A DNA stretch of 64,000 nucleotides, taken from assembly GCA_964512085.1 (NCBI GenBank), contig CAZEIU010000001.1, positions 7,647-71,646 on the forward strand, written 5' to 3'. Shown piece after piece: positions 45,980 through 55,801 of the stretch (position 1 is the first letter of the stretch; every line of letters starts with the position of its first letter). The notes below the pieces were generated by a model, which saw only the letters and a program-made list of their open reading frames with translations, ran no database searches and was not told the origin of the DNA. The DNA comes from an uncultured Candidatus Saccharibacteria bacterium (GTDB lineage: Bacteria; Patescibacteriota; Saccharimonadia; CAILAD01; BJGX01). A program made the position numbers and the translations under genes.

Positions 45980-46957
45980 CTACTTTTTAGATAGCAAATT
46001 GTCAATTGAGTTTATAAGTTCGGCATGGCTTTTGGCTTGCATAAGATTTGCTCTAACTTCGGCTGCATTTGCAAAACCATGCACATACATCTTTACAAAC
46101 TTTTTGAGTGGCTCAAATCTATACTCACCATTCTTACCCCAGGTTTTTTGATGCAAAAGAACGTGTTCTTTTAGTATAACCAGCATATCACTTAGATCTT
46201 TAGTCTGCTGGTTATCTGAAAACACAAATAGGTTTTGAAAAATTCCTCTACCAACCATAATACCATCTACCCCACTTTCTTTAGCGCGATCTAACCCTTC
46301 TTGTTTAGTCAATACATCGCCATTACCTACAATTATGGTGTGTGGTGAAAGTTTATTTCTAAGCTCTACGGCTTTTTTTATTTCTTGCCACTTTGCCGGC
46401 ACTTTGCTTTGGTCTTTTTTGGTGCGACCATGAACAATTAATGCATCTAGATTATGATTAAGCAAAAAACTTATCCAATTCTCAGTATCAATATTATTAA
46501 AGCCAATACGGGTTTTTACGCTCAAGGGTATCTTACCGCTTAAACCTTCTTGAGTTGCCAAAATTATCTCATTAGCTAGAGGTTGGTTTTCTATTAATGC
46601 CGAGCAGGCGCCTTTTTTGATTATTTCTTTTACTGGACAACCCATATTGATATCTACGCCATCAAAACCAAGCTCAACCATATCTTGAGCCATTTTGTAG
46701 TAGTGTTGAGGCTCTATACCCCAAATTTGTGCAATTAATGGCTTCTCGGCAGGTGTCTTCTTTAGTCTTTTGGCGATAGCTTTTTTACCGGGGCTACACC
46801 ACCCGTCGGCATTAGCAAATTCTGTCATCATCAAATCAGCCGGTGCATGTTTTACAACTATTTGTCGAAAAACCGTATCTGTCACATCGTCCATAGGTGC
46901 CAGCACAAAGAACGGCTTCTTAGATTCTTGTAATTTTTGCCAAATATTATTACTCAT
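45980..46957 (-). CDS. dus: tRNA-dihydrouridine synthase
   Basis: LAPMDDVTD, DINMGCP, VKTRIG, VHGRT, GNGDV, MVGRG. Confidence 0.95.
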   Translation of the reverse strand: MSNNIWQKLQESKKPFFVLAPMDDVTDTVFRQIVVKHAPADLMMTEFANADGWCSPGKKAIAKRLKKTPAEKPLIAQIWGIEPQHYYKMAQDMVELGFDGVDINMGCPVKEIIKKGACSALIENQPLANEIILATQEGLSGKIPLSVKTRIGFNNIDTENWISFLLNHNLDALIVHGRTKKDQSKVPAKWQEIKKAVELRNKLSPHTIIVGNGDVLTKQEGLDRAKESGVDGIMVGRGIFQNLFVFSDNQQTKDLSDMLVILKEHVLLHQKTWGKNGEYRFEPLKKFVKMYVHGFANAAEVRANLMQAKSHAELINSIDNLLSKK

Positions 46958-47036
46958 AACTTGAGATGTGATTATAGCGAAAAATTGTATAAATTTCTAG
47001 TCACTAATAAGCATAGATTGCGTTATAATAAAATCA

Positions 47037-48512
47037 ATGTCAAAAAAAGAAGTTTCTCCCCAACCAGATTTTGTATACGACCCTGAAAAGCATAAACCCC
47101 AGAGCACTACAAAAGAGCTTCGTAAGTCAGATTTTGTTTTTGACCCTAAAGACCCTGATTCTTCTTCTCACTTAAGTAATGATTTTTCTGATCTACAACC
47201 ACCAGCCAAACCACGTTGGCGCAAAGTTATGAAAGTAATACTAATTATACTCGGAGTATTGGGTATAATAGCTGCAGCCATAGGATTATATCTATATCTA
47301 ACGGCTGGTAAAATATCCACCAACCCATTTGGTTTTGGCAAGCTCAAAGGCGAGGCCGATGGTAGAGTTAATATTTTGCTATTAGGCATTGGTGACCCAG
47401 GCCATGCTGGAGAAACTTTGGCTGACACCAACATGGTAGTTAGTATCAATACAAAAACCAACCCTGCCCAAGTGGCAATGGTTAGCCTCCCGAGAGATTT
47501 GCAAGTCAAGATAGATGGTGATGGCGAAGGCAAATTAAATGAGGCTCATGCTTTTGGAGAGCAACAAAACCCGCCCAATGGCATAGCTACTAGCCAAAAA
47601 ACAATCGAAGAAACTTTGGGAATACCTATTCACTATTATGTTCGAGCTAACTTCTCGGGCCTAAAAGAAGCCGTTGATGCGGTGGGTGGCGTTGATATCA
47701 ATGTACAAGACGCATTAATCGATCCCGAATATCCTTGCGAAAAAAATGAAGGTAAGAGTTGCGGACTCAAAATAATGCCTGGTCAACAACATATGGATGG
47801 CGCTACAGCTCTTAAGTATGCTCGATGTCGTAAAGGTACCTGTGGTGACGATTTTGGACGCGCTTTGCGCCAACAAGAAGTTTTAACAGCCGTTAGGGAT
47901 AAAGTCTTGAGCCTACAAACTCTTTCTAATCCAAGCAAAGTGAGTCAACTCATTAGCACTGCAAGCAACAATATAAAAACCGATTTGAGCCTAAACAATA
48001 TACAAAGATTGCAGCAACTAACAAAAGATACTAATAAAAACGATTTTGTAAATGTTGTGTTCTCCCTCAAGCCTAATGGCTTCTTAGTATCTAGCAAGAC
48101 ATCTAGCAATTTATTGCCAGCCGGTGGAAGTTTTGAAGACATCCAAAAATTTGTCGCCAATATATTTACCTTGGGACCAATCTGGAAAGAAGACTCTAAT
48201 ATGACTATTCTCAATGGCACTTCTACTGTCGGGTTAAGTCTCAAATTTGAAAAATATCTATCAGCAAACGCTATTCCCATAACTGTTGAGAGTATCGGTA
48301 ATGCCGAGACCAAAGACTACACTACATCACAAATTATTGACTATACCGGTAGCACCAAACCAAATACGGCAAAGTACTTAGCTGATTTACTCGGCGTACA
48401 AGTCACCCAGCCCGCGCAACCAGTCAAAAACCCTGTTGTAGATTTTGAAGTAATATTGGGCACCGATTACGTTACCAAAACTACTTCTGCTGCTACTAGC
48501 GACACGCAATAA
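47037..48512 (+). CDS. LCP family cell-wall ligase with LytR_C domain
   Basis: DT.M, SLPRD, VGGV, AL.YAR.R, DFGRALRQQ; C-terminal ILNG...GNA...VILG.D. Confidence 0.93.
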   Translation: MSKKEVSPQPDFVYDPEKHKPQSTTKELRKSDFVFDPKDPDSSSHLSNDFSDLQPPAKPRWRKVMKVILIILGVLGIIAAAIGLYLYLTAGKISTNPFGFGKLKGEADGRVNILLLGIGDPGHAGETLADTNMVVSINTKTNPAQVAMVSLPRDLQVKIDGDGEGKLNEAHAFGEQQNPPNGIATSQKTIEETLGIPIHYYVRANFSGLKEAVDAVGGVDINVQDALIDPEYPCEKNEGKSCGLKIMPGQQHMDGATALKYARCRKGTCGDDFGRALRQQEVLTAVRDKVLSLQTLSNPSKVSQLISTASNNIKTDLSLNNIQRLQQLTKDTNKNDFVNVVFSLKPNGFLVSSKTSSNLLPAGGSFEDIQKFVANIFTLGPIWKEDSNMTILNGTSTVGLSLKFEKYLSANAIPITVESIGNAETKDYTTSQIIDYTGSTKPNTAKYLADLLGVQVTQPAQPVKNPVVDFEVILGTDYVTKTTSAATSDTQ

Positions 48513-48542
48513 AAACCACTATCTTTTGATAGTGGTAGGTAA

Positions 48543-48749
48543 TTACTCTTGGGTACTTGGTTGAACCCAATAGTCATCAAATTGCCAGCCGGCCAATTGG
48601 TCATTCTCAAATTGTCTTTTTTGTCTACGAGTAAGTTGTCTGTTTTTATTCTTATTAATGCGTCGGGTATCGGCTTGAGGCGCCCGACAGATTGTTACTA
48701 CAATAATAGTTAGTACAACCACAACGGCAGTAAAAAGATATTTTCTCAC
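48543..48749 (-). CDS. small membrane-anchored protein
   Basis: GTG start after GAGGAG; N-terminal hydrophobic helix. Confidence 0.6.
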   Translation of the reverse strand: MRKYLFTAVVVVLTIIVVTICRAPQADTRRINKNKNRQLTRRQKRQFENDQLAGWQFDDYWVQPSTQE

Positions 48750-48834
48750 CGCTTCTCCTCTCGCGAAGGCTTATTTTGCCCTGCGTGAATTGCAAATGTA
48801 GATTACCATTAATTGGGCAATACTACAAGAAAAG

Positions 48835-49467
48835 CTACATTTTATAAATTGGATTCTTAACAAAGAAGCAGAGCCAAGTAATACTTTTTGAGGTATTAGC
48901 TCTATCTGGGGTGGTTTTTCGATAAAATCTAACTACCCTAAGATTAGATCTAGTTAGATACTCTACAAACTCTTCATATTGCCAAAAAGCAAAGAACCTT
49001 GGTGGCAAGTGTTCTTGACCAAGATTAGTTACGAATTCTTCACCTTCGCCTTGTTTGAGAGAAATAAACCCAACCGAACCAGGTTTGAGGCATCGTCCTA
49101 TTTCATTTAAAACCCCGTTCATTTCTATCTTTGGAATATGCAATAAACTTGCCGCACACCAAAAAGCATCAAAACTACAGTCTTTAAAAGGTAGAAATTG
49201 CATATTAGCTTGAGCCAGTCGTTGCCGATTGGCATTTCGGCGCGTTTGCTCTAAGAACCCTCTACTAATATCTATGGCGAAGTAGTTAGTTAAGTCTCCA
49301 AAAAACCGAGCCTCGGCTCCTACACCACACCCTATTTCAAGTAAGCTATTAATATCTTTCATTTTCGTTAAACGTTTTGCAGCATACAGCCAAAAATCAG
49401 ATGTTGGCATTCTAAAATCTTCAGCTGTTAGCTCATAATACTCACGAGTAGAGTCGGTATCGACCAT
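48835..49467 (-). CDS. class I SAM-dependent methyltransferase
   Basis: LEIGCGVG, IDIS, FDAFWCAASLLH, LKPG; SD GAGGTG; GTACCT at 49485-49490. Confidence 0.88.
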   Translation of the reverse strand: MVDTDSTREYYELTAEDFRMPTSDFWLYAAKRLTKMKDINSLLEIGCGVGAEARFFGDLTNYFAIDISRGFLEQTRRNANRQRLAQANMQFLPFKDCSFDAFWCAASLLHIPKIEMNGVLNEIGRCLKPGSVGFISLKQGEGEEFVTNLGQEHLPPRFFAFWQYEEFVEYLTRSNLRVVRFYRKTTPDRANTSKSITWLCFFVKNPIYKM

Positions 49468-49534
49468 TGACACCTCGCTTGTTTAGGTACAACAGGTAAT
49501 TGATTATAAATTATTATGGTCGCAAAGTAAAAGC

Positions 49535-50281
49535 TTAAGCGCTACCTTGCAAGAACTCTTTGCGTTGTTTTTCTTCAAACCGTTCTATAGCATAGCGAAG
49601 CATCGTACGGGGCATAGTTTTGTATCGATCGTTCTCTAATAAAAAAGCTTCTTCTTTCTCTAAGCTCACCCTCTTGCCCACTTCACGCAACATCCAGCCG
49701 ACAGCTTTTTGTATTAAGTCGTGCCCATCATTTATAAGTAGTTTGGCAATTTCAAAAGTCATCTCAGATTTACCATCATAAATAAATGCAAAAGTAGCAA
49801 TAATAGCGATTCTTCTCTCCCATAAGTTGTTAGACTTGGCTAGTTTAGTTAAAACATTGCTGTCTTTATTATTTTGCAATAAGTAGCCTCCAACTATATA
49901 GCCTGCCGAAGAATCAACTATGTCCCAGTTATTAATATATTTAGTGTGAGATAAATAAAAATCATATATTTGTTTTTTGGTTAGAGTGTCGGCTTTTTTA
50001 AATTTATCTACCAATATAATAACGGCAGTAAGTCTATACTCATGCTCTTTGCTAAGTATAAGTTTCTCGACTTCGTTTAATTCTAGATTATGAAATTGCT
50101 TTGCTACTTTTCGCTGATTGGGTACACTTACACCAATAAAAACATCACCATAGCCATATTGACCCTCGTTGGTCTTAAAAAACCACGCACTCGACTCAGC
50201 GCGTATAGGGTCGGCTAATTTATTTAGCTCTTGTTTTAGTTGCGCTGTGGTTACTTTCTGCCCCACTTTATTGCGCTCCAA
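49535..50281 (-). CDS. DNA alkylation repair protein (AlkD-like)
   Basis: FFKT..GQYG, NNWDIVD, LWERR, KAVGWMLREVGK, MPRTMLRYAIE. Confidence 0.9.
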   Translation of the reverse strand: MERNKVGQKVTTAQLKQELNKLADPIRAESSAWFFKTNEGQYGYGDVFIGVSVPNQRKVAKQFHNLELNEVEKLILSKEHEYRLTAVIILVDKFKKADTLTKKQIYDFYLSHTKYINNWDIVDSSAGYIVGGYLLQNNKDSNVLTKLAKSNNLWERRIAIIATFAFIYDGKSEMTFEIAKLLINDGHDLIQKAVGWMLREVGKRVSLEKEEAFLLENDRYKTMPRTMLRYAIERFEEKQRKEFLQGSA

Positions 50282-50475
50282 ATTCTTTCATGAAAATAGT
50301 ATATTATAGTGCCAGTTACTGCAGTTATACCGGTAATGGCGGCGGCATCATAAAACCTACCAGTCTCAAAAAAAGTAACTAAAAACACCGATATTACTAT
50401 CACTACTCTATAGGTAATAGACTTAACTATAGAGCGAGCATGAGTTTCGCTGTGCCGAATCTTAACTTTTTTCAT
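50251..50475 (-). CDS. DUF2061 membrane protein
   Basis: ETHARSIVKSITYR...YYFHERIW..I.WG. Confidence 0.88.
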   Translation of the reverse strand: MKKVKIRHSETHARSIVKSITYRVVIVISVFLVTFFETGRFYDAAAITGITAVTGTIIYYFHERIWSAIKWGRK

Positions 50476-50538
50476 TATAATTATTATACATTGTTTGGTA
50501 AGTAAAAACCCTCGCAGTTATCCGCGAGGGCAATAATA

Positions 50539-50688
50539 TTAAGGTGACGCTCGAGACGGAACGTGCTCTTTATCGTCTAGTCTTAACAATTCATGGGTAC
50601 ATCTATCTAATTCTTGCCTAAGCCTTTCTATGTTATTGCGCAAGCATTGTTTTCTATATTCAATAGCATCTTGCGAATCTGGGCTCAT
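50539..50688 (-). CDS. 49-aa coiled-coil protein (MSPDSQDAIEYRKQCLRNNIERLRQEL...)
   Basis: Read manually; SD GAAAGGA; promoter TTGCAA-17-TAGAAT; terminator 50500-50533. Confidence 0.6.
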   Translation of the reverse strand: MSPDSQDAIEYRKQCLRNNIERLRQELDRCTHELLRLDDKEHVPSRASP

Positions 50689-50793
50689 TGTTGATCCTTT
50701 CGTGTTCCAGATACGAGGATTTTTAAGATTCTACTCCTTTGCAGTAGTTTTTGCAAGTAAAAAACCTCTAGCCGTTTGCTAGAGGCAAAATAG

Positions 50794-51633
50794 TTATATG
50801 TGCAGCTCATAAACAAGCGGGCGATGGTCTGAAGGTCCTGAATCTAAAATGCCCGAACTAATAACTTGAATGTAATTACTTGCGAACGCAAAATCAATTC
50901 TTCTACCGAGCATATTTGGCACAAAACGTGGCCCAATCCAAGTGGGAGCACTCATCTCGGGCCCCAGTGGATTTAATACGTTAGACAATGATTTTATTAT
51001 TCTTGTAGAATTCTTAGCATTGAAGTCTCCTGCTAAAAATACTGGGTGAGGATGTTCAGACAGCCACGACAAGAGTGTAGCACTCTCGTTATCGATCAAA
51101 GTTGCATTTGTTCTTAGCGGTAGTCTATAAGACAAATGTACATTTGCAAAAGTCACTTTTTGACCAGACTCTGTGGTTACGGTGCCGTACACAAGTACTC
51201 TTCTGCTACCAAGACCATTCTTGCCCAACGCTCTTCCGCCTTGACTCAATACAATATAACCAAATTCTATCGAATACTTACTGTAAAGGATTGATCCCTC
51301 AGATATAGTGCCGTATCTTTTAGTCTCACGTCTGCGGGTTTCGATAAACATAAAAGACATTAAACGGTGCAATGCAATTTGATAAGGTATTGTGTTGCCA
51401 GTAATTGTACTATGCTCTTCTAAGAATCTAGTGCGCACAACTACCTCTTGAAGCATCAAAAAATCACAGTCAAAGTCGTCGCTAAGTAATCTCGGGATAA
51501 GTTTTTCATCGCCAGCCCGCCACCAAACGTTCCAATTTATCAATTTTAGAGGCCTATTGGTTGGAATCTTAAATCTATCACCGGGATCGTCGGATCTTAC
51601 CGCTCTCCAATGAGATTCTTCTTCTAAAAGCAA
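50794..51633 (-). CDS. endonuclease/exonuclease/phosphatase family protein
   Basis: NWNV, LQEV, NVHL, AGDFN, IDF, SDHRP; SD GAGGAG; GCACCT at 51653-51658. Confidence 0.9.
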   Translation of the reverse strand: MLLEEESHWRAVRSDDPGDRFKIPTNRPLKLINWNVWWRAGDEKLIPRLLSDDFDCDFLMLQEVVVRTRFLEEHSTITGNTIPYQIALHRLMSFMFIETRRRETKRYGTISEGSILYSKYSIEFGYIVLSQGGRALGKNGLGSRRVLVYGTVTTESGQKVTFANVHLSYRLPLRTNATLIDNESATLLSWLSEHPHPVFLAGDFNAKNSTRIIKSLSNVLNPLGPEMSAPTWIGPRFVPNMLGRRIDFAFASNYIQVISSGILDSGPSDHRPLVYELHI

Positions 51634-51745
51634 AGTTTTCTCCTCTTCTATAAGGTGCTAAGACAGGTGTTATTATATTGAATAATTATTTTTTTACAAG
51701 TAAAAAGCCTCAAACTGTCGTTCGAGGCTATATTATAGGTAATGA

Positions 51746-51925
51746 TTACCAAATATTTAGAATGATAAACGCTATACCGGTAAAGAGCGATAAAAGGCCA
51801 ATAATCATTAGTAGCATACCAAACTTCTCTGCAAACTTTCCTCTATGCGATTCTCGCGATGCCATATCTGTTCCACCCAAAAAAGCCAATAAGCCGCACA
51901 CAACAGCAAGTACATCGTATGGCAC
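51746..51925 (-). CDS. 59-aa 2-TM protein (MPYDVLAVVCGLLAFLGG...)
   Basis: Read manually; GTG after AAGGAGAG; terminator 51698-51730. Confidence 0.65.
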   Translation of the reverse strand: MPYDVLAVVCGLLAFLGGTDMASRESHRGKFAEKFGMLLMIIGLLSLFTGIAFIILNIW

Positions 51926-52033
51926 GTTCGCTCTCTCCTTGTCTCAACGCTTTTGAAATTACCAAGAGGATTATACTTATAATAACGTTTTTTTGCAATA
52001 AAATTATTCTTAGTTATAAATCGAAAGGTTGCA

Positions 52034-52201
52034 TTAAACAAATATCGCAACAGCTCCCGCTAAGAGTAAAATTATGCCCGTTACTTGAATCGATCTAGCC
52101 ATAAAGTTAGTAGCTTTGTCGCTACTATGTTTTTCATAATATAAAGAACCTACTACTAATGTAAAAGCTCCCAACGCGAACATTACGAACTCGTTTTTCA
52201 C
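52034..52201 (-). CDS. 55-aa 2-TM protein (MKNEFVMFALGAFTLVVG...)
   Basis: Read manually; GTG after GAGGTAG. Confidence 0.6.
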   Translation of the reverse strand: MKNEFVMFALGAFTLVVGSLYYEKHSSDKATNFMARSIQVTGIILLLAGAVAIFV

Positions 52202-52312
52202 TTCTCTACCTCAATCTTTCGACGAAAAGTTCCATGCAATAATAGCATAATATAATAATTCTGTAAATAATTAACATGACAATTTTCGCTTTTTGTTTGC
52301 TATAATAATATT

Positions 52313-53515
52313 ATGAAGCAACAAGACGAGTTTACACCTTTAGCCGAGAGCTTGCGACCTCAAAAGCTTAGCGAAGTTATTGGGCAAAAACATCTTTTAG
52401 CCAAAGATAAGTTTTTACACAACATACTTAGCAATAAGAAACCTGTGAGTATGATCTTATGGGGCCCTCCAGGATCGGGCAAAACAACAATCGCCAGAAT
52501 AATTGGTCACAACAAAGATTATGAGTACACCGAAATTTCGGCAGTAACTTCGGGTTTAAGCGATGTAAAATGCGTTATTATTGATGCCAAAGCTATGCAG
52601 AGATTGGGTAAAAAAACAGTGTTATTTGTAGATGAAATACATAGGTTCAATAAGGCTCAGCAAGATGCATTTTTGCCTCACGTAGAGAATGGTACGATCG
52701 TTCTTATTGGTGCTACTACCGAAAACCCTAGCTTTGAGGTTATTAGCCCGCTACTGTCACGCACTCGTGTTGTCGTACTAGAGAGTCTCACCAAAAAAGA
52801 TATCACAACTCTTTTAAAGAGAGCTCAAAAACACATTGCGCCCAAATCATTAAACAAAGACTCGCTAGCATTACTTGCAGAATTATCTGGTGGTGATGCT
52901 CGTATGGCAATTAATGGCTTGGAGCTCGCTGCACAGCTTAGCCCCAAAGAGATAACTACAGAGCGCGTAAAGCAAGCCATGCTTACTGCGGGCAAGCAAA
53001 CTGCCAAATACGACAAAGGTGGCGAATATCATTACAATATTATTTCTGCTTACATAAAATCTATGAGGGGTGGTGATATAGATGCCACATTGTACTATCT
53101 TGCCCGTATGATAAATGGCGGCGAAGATCCTAAATTTATCGCCCGACGAAATATTGTATTTGCTAGCGAAGATATTGGCCTTGCCGCACCTGCTGCACTC
53201 AACTTAGCAGTTTCTACATTTTTAACAGTAGAGCGAGTTGGTTCGCCAGAGTGTAATTATGCTCTGTTTGAATGCGCTATTGTTCTAGCTAAGAGTAAGA
53301 AATCTCGTGCTGTAACCGATGCGATGAACAAAGCTTTTGATATAGCCAGCAAATATCCAGATACTGCTGTACCATTACATTTACGAAATGCTCCTACCAA
53401 ATTAATGAAAGATTTGGGCTACCAAAAAGGAACCAAGTGGGAGTCTGGTTTTAAACACTCCAAGGGCTTTATGCCGAGCGAATTAAAAGATATCAATATT
53501 TTTAAAAACCAATAG
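52313..53515 (+). CDS. rarA: replication-associated recombination protein A
   Basis: PLA..LRP, GPPGSGKTT, DEIHRFNKAQQD, ATTENPSF, SAYIKSMRG, VPLHLRNAPT. Confidence 0.96.
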   Translation: MKQQDEFTPLAESLRPQKLSEVIGQKHLLAKDKFLHNILSNKKPVSMILWGPPGSGKTTIARIIGHNKDYEYTEISAVTSGLSDVKCVIIDAKAMQRLGKKTVLFVDEIHRFNKAQQDAFLPHVENGTIVLIGATTENPSFEVISPLLSRTRVVVLESLTKKDITTLLKRAQKHIAPKSLNKDSLALLAELSGGDARMAINGLELAAQLSPKEITTERVKQAMLTAGKQTAKYDKGGEYHYNIISAYIKSMRGGDIDATLYYLARMINGGEDPKFIARRNIVFASEDIGLAAPAALNLAVSTFLTVERVGSPECNYALFECAIVLAKSKKSRAVTDAMNKAFDIASKYPDTAVPLHLRNAPTKLMKDLGYQKGTKWESGFKHSKGFMPSELKDINIFKNQ

Positions 53516-54041
53516 AGCTATATTGCGCAACGTTTTTAGACACTGTCTCTAAGAAAGGTTGTATATTTTTTATTAGCTCAACTGTAGCTTTGGTTTGCAA
53601 AACTGAGCCGTCAGATTTTTTTATGGTAATAGTTCGTGTTTGTCCGCCAAGCAATTCGGGTTGGCCGGCACTATTATTGGCATTTATAGAGCCTTGTACG
53701 TCGTTTTTATAATAACTATCTACAATGTTTTGATAACCCGACTTGGTAAGACTACAAGGTTGGCTACCGTTTTGATTTACACTGCCCGAAACCACAATAC
53801 TGCAGCCATTGTTTTGCAATGTAAGTGTTTTGGTAGATTGAAACTCGGGCGTAACTGGGCCCGTGCTCGTACTAAACTCAATGCTAGATATAGAGCTGTA
53901 TTTGGTTTTATTAGAATATATTGAGTAAAGAATGAGCCCAACCACAAGCAAGGCAATTAGCACTACTGCAATTATCGTTATTCGTTTGTTGCGTTTATAG
54001 TTGTCGTAAGTTTGCAAATTACTATAACGAGATTTATTCAT
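53502..54041 (-). CDS. membrane-anchored hypothetical protein
   Basis: Single N-terminal TM, polar C-terminus. Confidence 0.7.
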   Translation of the reverse strand: MNKSRYSNLQTYDNYKRNKRITIIAVVLIALLVVGLILYSIYSNKTKYSSISSIEFSTSTGPVTPEFQSTKTLTLQNNGCSIVVSGSVNQNGSQPCSLTKSGYQNIVDSYYKNDVQGSINANNSAGQPELLGGQTRTITIKKSDGSVLQTKATVELIKNIQPFLETVSKNVAQYSSIGF

Positions 54042-54084
54042 AAATTAATAATATCACTTTTATATTTGCTATAATACAAAACTA

Positions 54085-54807
54085 ATGAAAACAACAATTG
54101 GCTTAATAGGCTACGGTGATTTTGGCCGGTTAATAATAAAATTTCTGAGCAAAGACCACGATTTTGAAGTCTTTAGTCGATCTGCCAAAGAAAGCAATAC
54201 AAAATCTGTAAGTTTTGTAAGTTTAAACAAGTGCGTAAATAACAAGTATATTATTTTGGCTACACCGTTATCGGCATACAAAAAAATATTACAACAAATT
54301 AGTAAGAGTGCACCAAAGAATGCCGTTGTTATAGATGTTTGTTCTGTAAAAGTCGAGCCACAACGCTTGGCCAAAAAATACTTGCGTAGCGATATTGGTT
54401 TTATCGGTACTCATCCTCTCTTTGGTCCGCAGTCGGCTACTAATAGCCTTAAAAATCACAAGATTGTAATTTGTACTCAAAACAAAACTAGTTTTGCAAA
54501 CAATTTAGAAAGCTACTTATCTAAATTAGGCCTAAAAGTAATTCACTTGACCGCCCAAGAACACGATAAACAGATGGCCGAGGTTCAGGCGCTTACTTTT
54601 TTTGTAGCTAGAGGTCTTATGAATACCCATTTACACAAGAACATTCTTACTACCCCTTCATTTAAGAAGTTATTAGATCTTGCCGAGCTCGAATCTCATC
54701 ATTCAGATGCGTTATTTAATACTATCCAAACAGGCAACCCTTATGCCAAAACTGCAAGAAACAAGTTTATCGCCATGCTCAAACAGCTTAATAAAAAAAT
54801 AAAATAA
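54085..54807 (+). CDS. tyrA: prephenate/arogenate dehydrogenase
   Basis: IGYGDFG, DVCSVK, THPLFGP, EHD..MA..Q. Confidence 0.88.
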   Translation: MKTTIGLIGYGDFGRLIIKFLSKDHDFEVFSRSAKESNTKSVSFVSLNKCVNNKYIILATPLSAYKKILQQISKSAPKNAVVIDVCSVKVEPQRLAKKYLRSDIGFIGTHPLFGPQSATNSLKNHKIVICTQNKTSFANNLESYLSKLGLKVIHLTAQEHDKQMAEVQALTFFVARGLMNTHLHKNILTTPSFKKLLDLAELESHHSDALFNTIQTGNPYAKTARNKFIAMLKQLNKKIK

Positions 54808-54823
54808 GGAGTATAATAGATTT

Positions 54824-55195
54824 ATGAATTCAAATAAAATAACCACTCTAGTAATAGGTCTTTTACTTATAGCAATTTCATTTATTATTCTTATTGGGTT
54901 ACTTGCCAAACTCGATGCCACCTCGCAAATTCTAGATTACTGGCCTGCGGTACTTATTTTTATTGGAGTACTAGCCATGAGCGGTAAAAACACAAGTAGC
55001 TACGGCGTAGCCTTAGGGCTAATATTTTTAGGCATCTTTGGCGCTTTGCGACGCATTGGTGCTATGCAAACTCCTACCGGACAAGCCTTAGTAGCTCTAT
55101 TTGTAGGTTTTGGAGGAATTGTAATGCTAGTAATGTTGGTCTCAAGACCAAAAAAATCGACTTCTAATCAACCCATAAACCGGTCGGATAGATAG
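54824..55195 (+). CDS. 4-TM membrane protein (LiaF N-terminal-like)
   Basis: YWPAVLIFIG; four hydrophobic segments. Confidence 0.7.
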   Translation: MNSNKITTLVIGLLLIAISFIILIGLLAKLDATSQILDYWPAVLIFIGVLAMSGKNTSSYGVALGLIFLGIFGALRRIGAMQTPTGQALVALFVGFGGIVMLVMLVSRPKKSTSNQPINRSDR

Positions 55196-55510
55196 CTATT
55201 TCTTACTAAGTTTTTTCTGCAAATTTTTGTGGCGTTTTTGTAGGCGCTTACTATAGTTTACGGCCAAGTTATTTACAAAGAACAAGAATATAGAAATACC
55301 AATTACTATATAGACCATAGTAAATATCTTAGTTATATCTGTGGTTGGCACCAAGTTTCCATACCCAACGGTCGCTAGAGTTACTACGCAAAAAAACAGC
55401 GAATCTATAAATCGCCACTTCTCAAAATGCATATAAAATATTGTACCTATAAAAAGTAGCAAGAATACTACCAAGAACAAATATCTGTTTTTTACATGAG
55501 CGTTTACCAT
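55196..55510 (-). CDS. minimal 2-TM potassium channel (Ion_trans_2)
   Basis: Selectivity filter TLATVGYG. Confidence 0.92.
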   Translation of the reverse strand: MVNAHVKNRYLFLVVFLLLFIGTIFYMHFEKWRFIDSLFFCVVTLATVGYGNLVPTTDITKIFTMVYIVIGISIFLFFVNNLAVNYSKRLQKRHKNLQKKLSKK

Positions 55511-55543
55511 TTTTTTATTATAGCAAATATTATTTACAATAAC

Positions 55544-55801
55544 CTACACGAATATATTAATAATGGCTATTATAGCTACTATAGCCATTACAGCATTCAC
55601 AATAGCAGTCTGATGAGTCCTTTTAAAAAGCGATATTGTTATTAAGCATACTGCACCAATTAAATTGAGCACATGAAACAACAATGCATCGACATTAGTA
55701 ACTTTTAAAACTAAAAGTATGTAAGCAAGAATAATTAAGATAGCGCCTAGCCAACCAACAACTTCAAAAAGTACTTTTCTGTCTCTTTTACTTAATTTCA
55801 T
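55544..55801 (-). CDS. CBU_0592-like membrane protein
   Basis: VGWLGAILIILAY...LNLIGA...N. Confidence 0.8.
   Translation of the reverse strand: MKLSKRDRKVLFEVVGWLGAILIILAYILLVLKVTNVDALLFHVLNLIGAVCLITISLFKRTHQTAIVNAVMAIVAIIAIINIFV

Noticed and set aside
51678-52098. ORF-track calls 51678-51956(+), 51808-52050(-), 51859-52098(+)
   Set aside because: Better explained by two SD-led small membrane ORFs at 51746-51925 and 52034-52201 on the minus strand.
50500-52260. Classical integron attC cassettes
   Set aside because: Junctions are short terminator hairpins without RYYYAAC/GTTRRRY cores; no intI.
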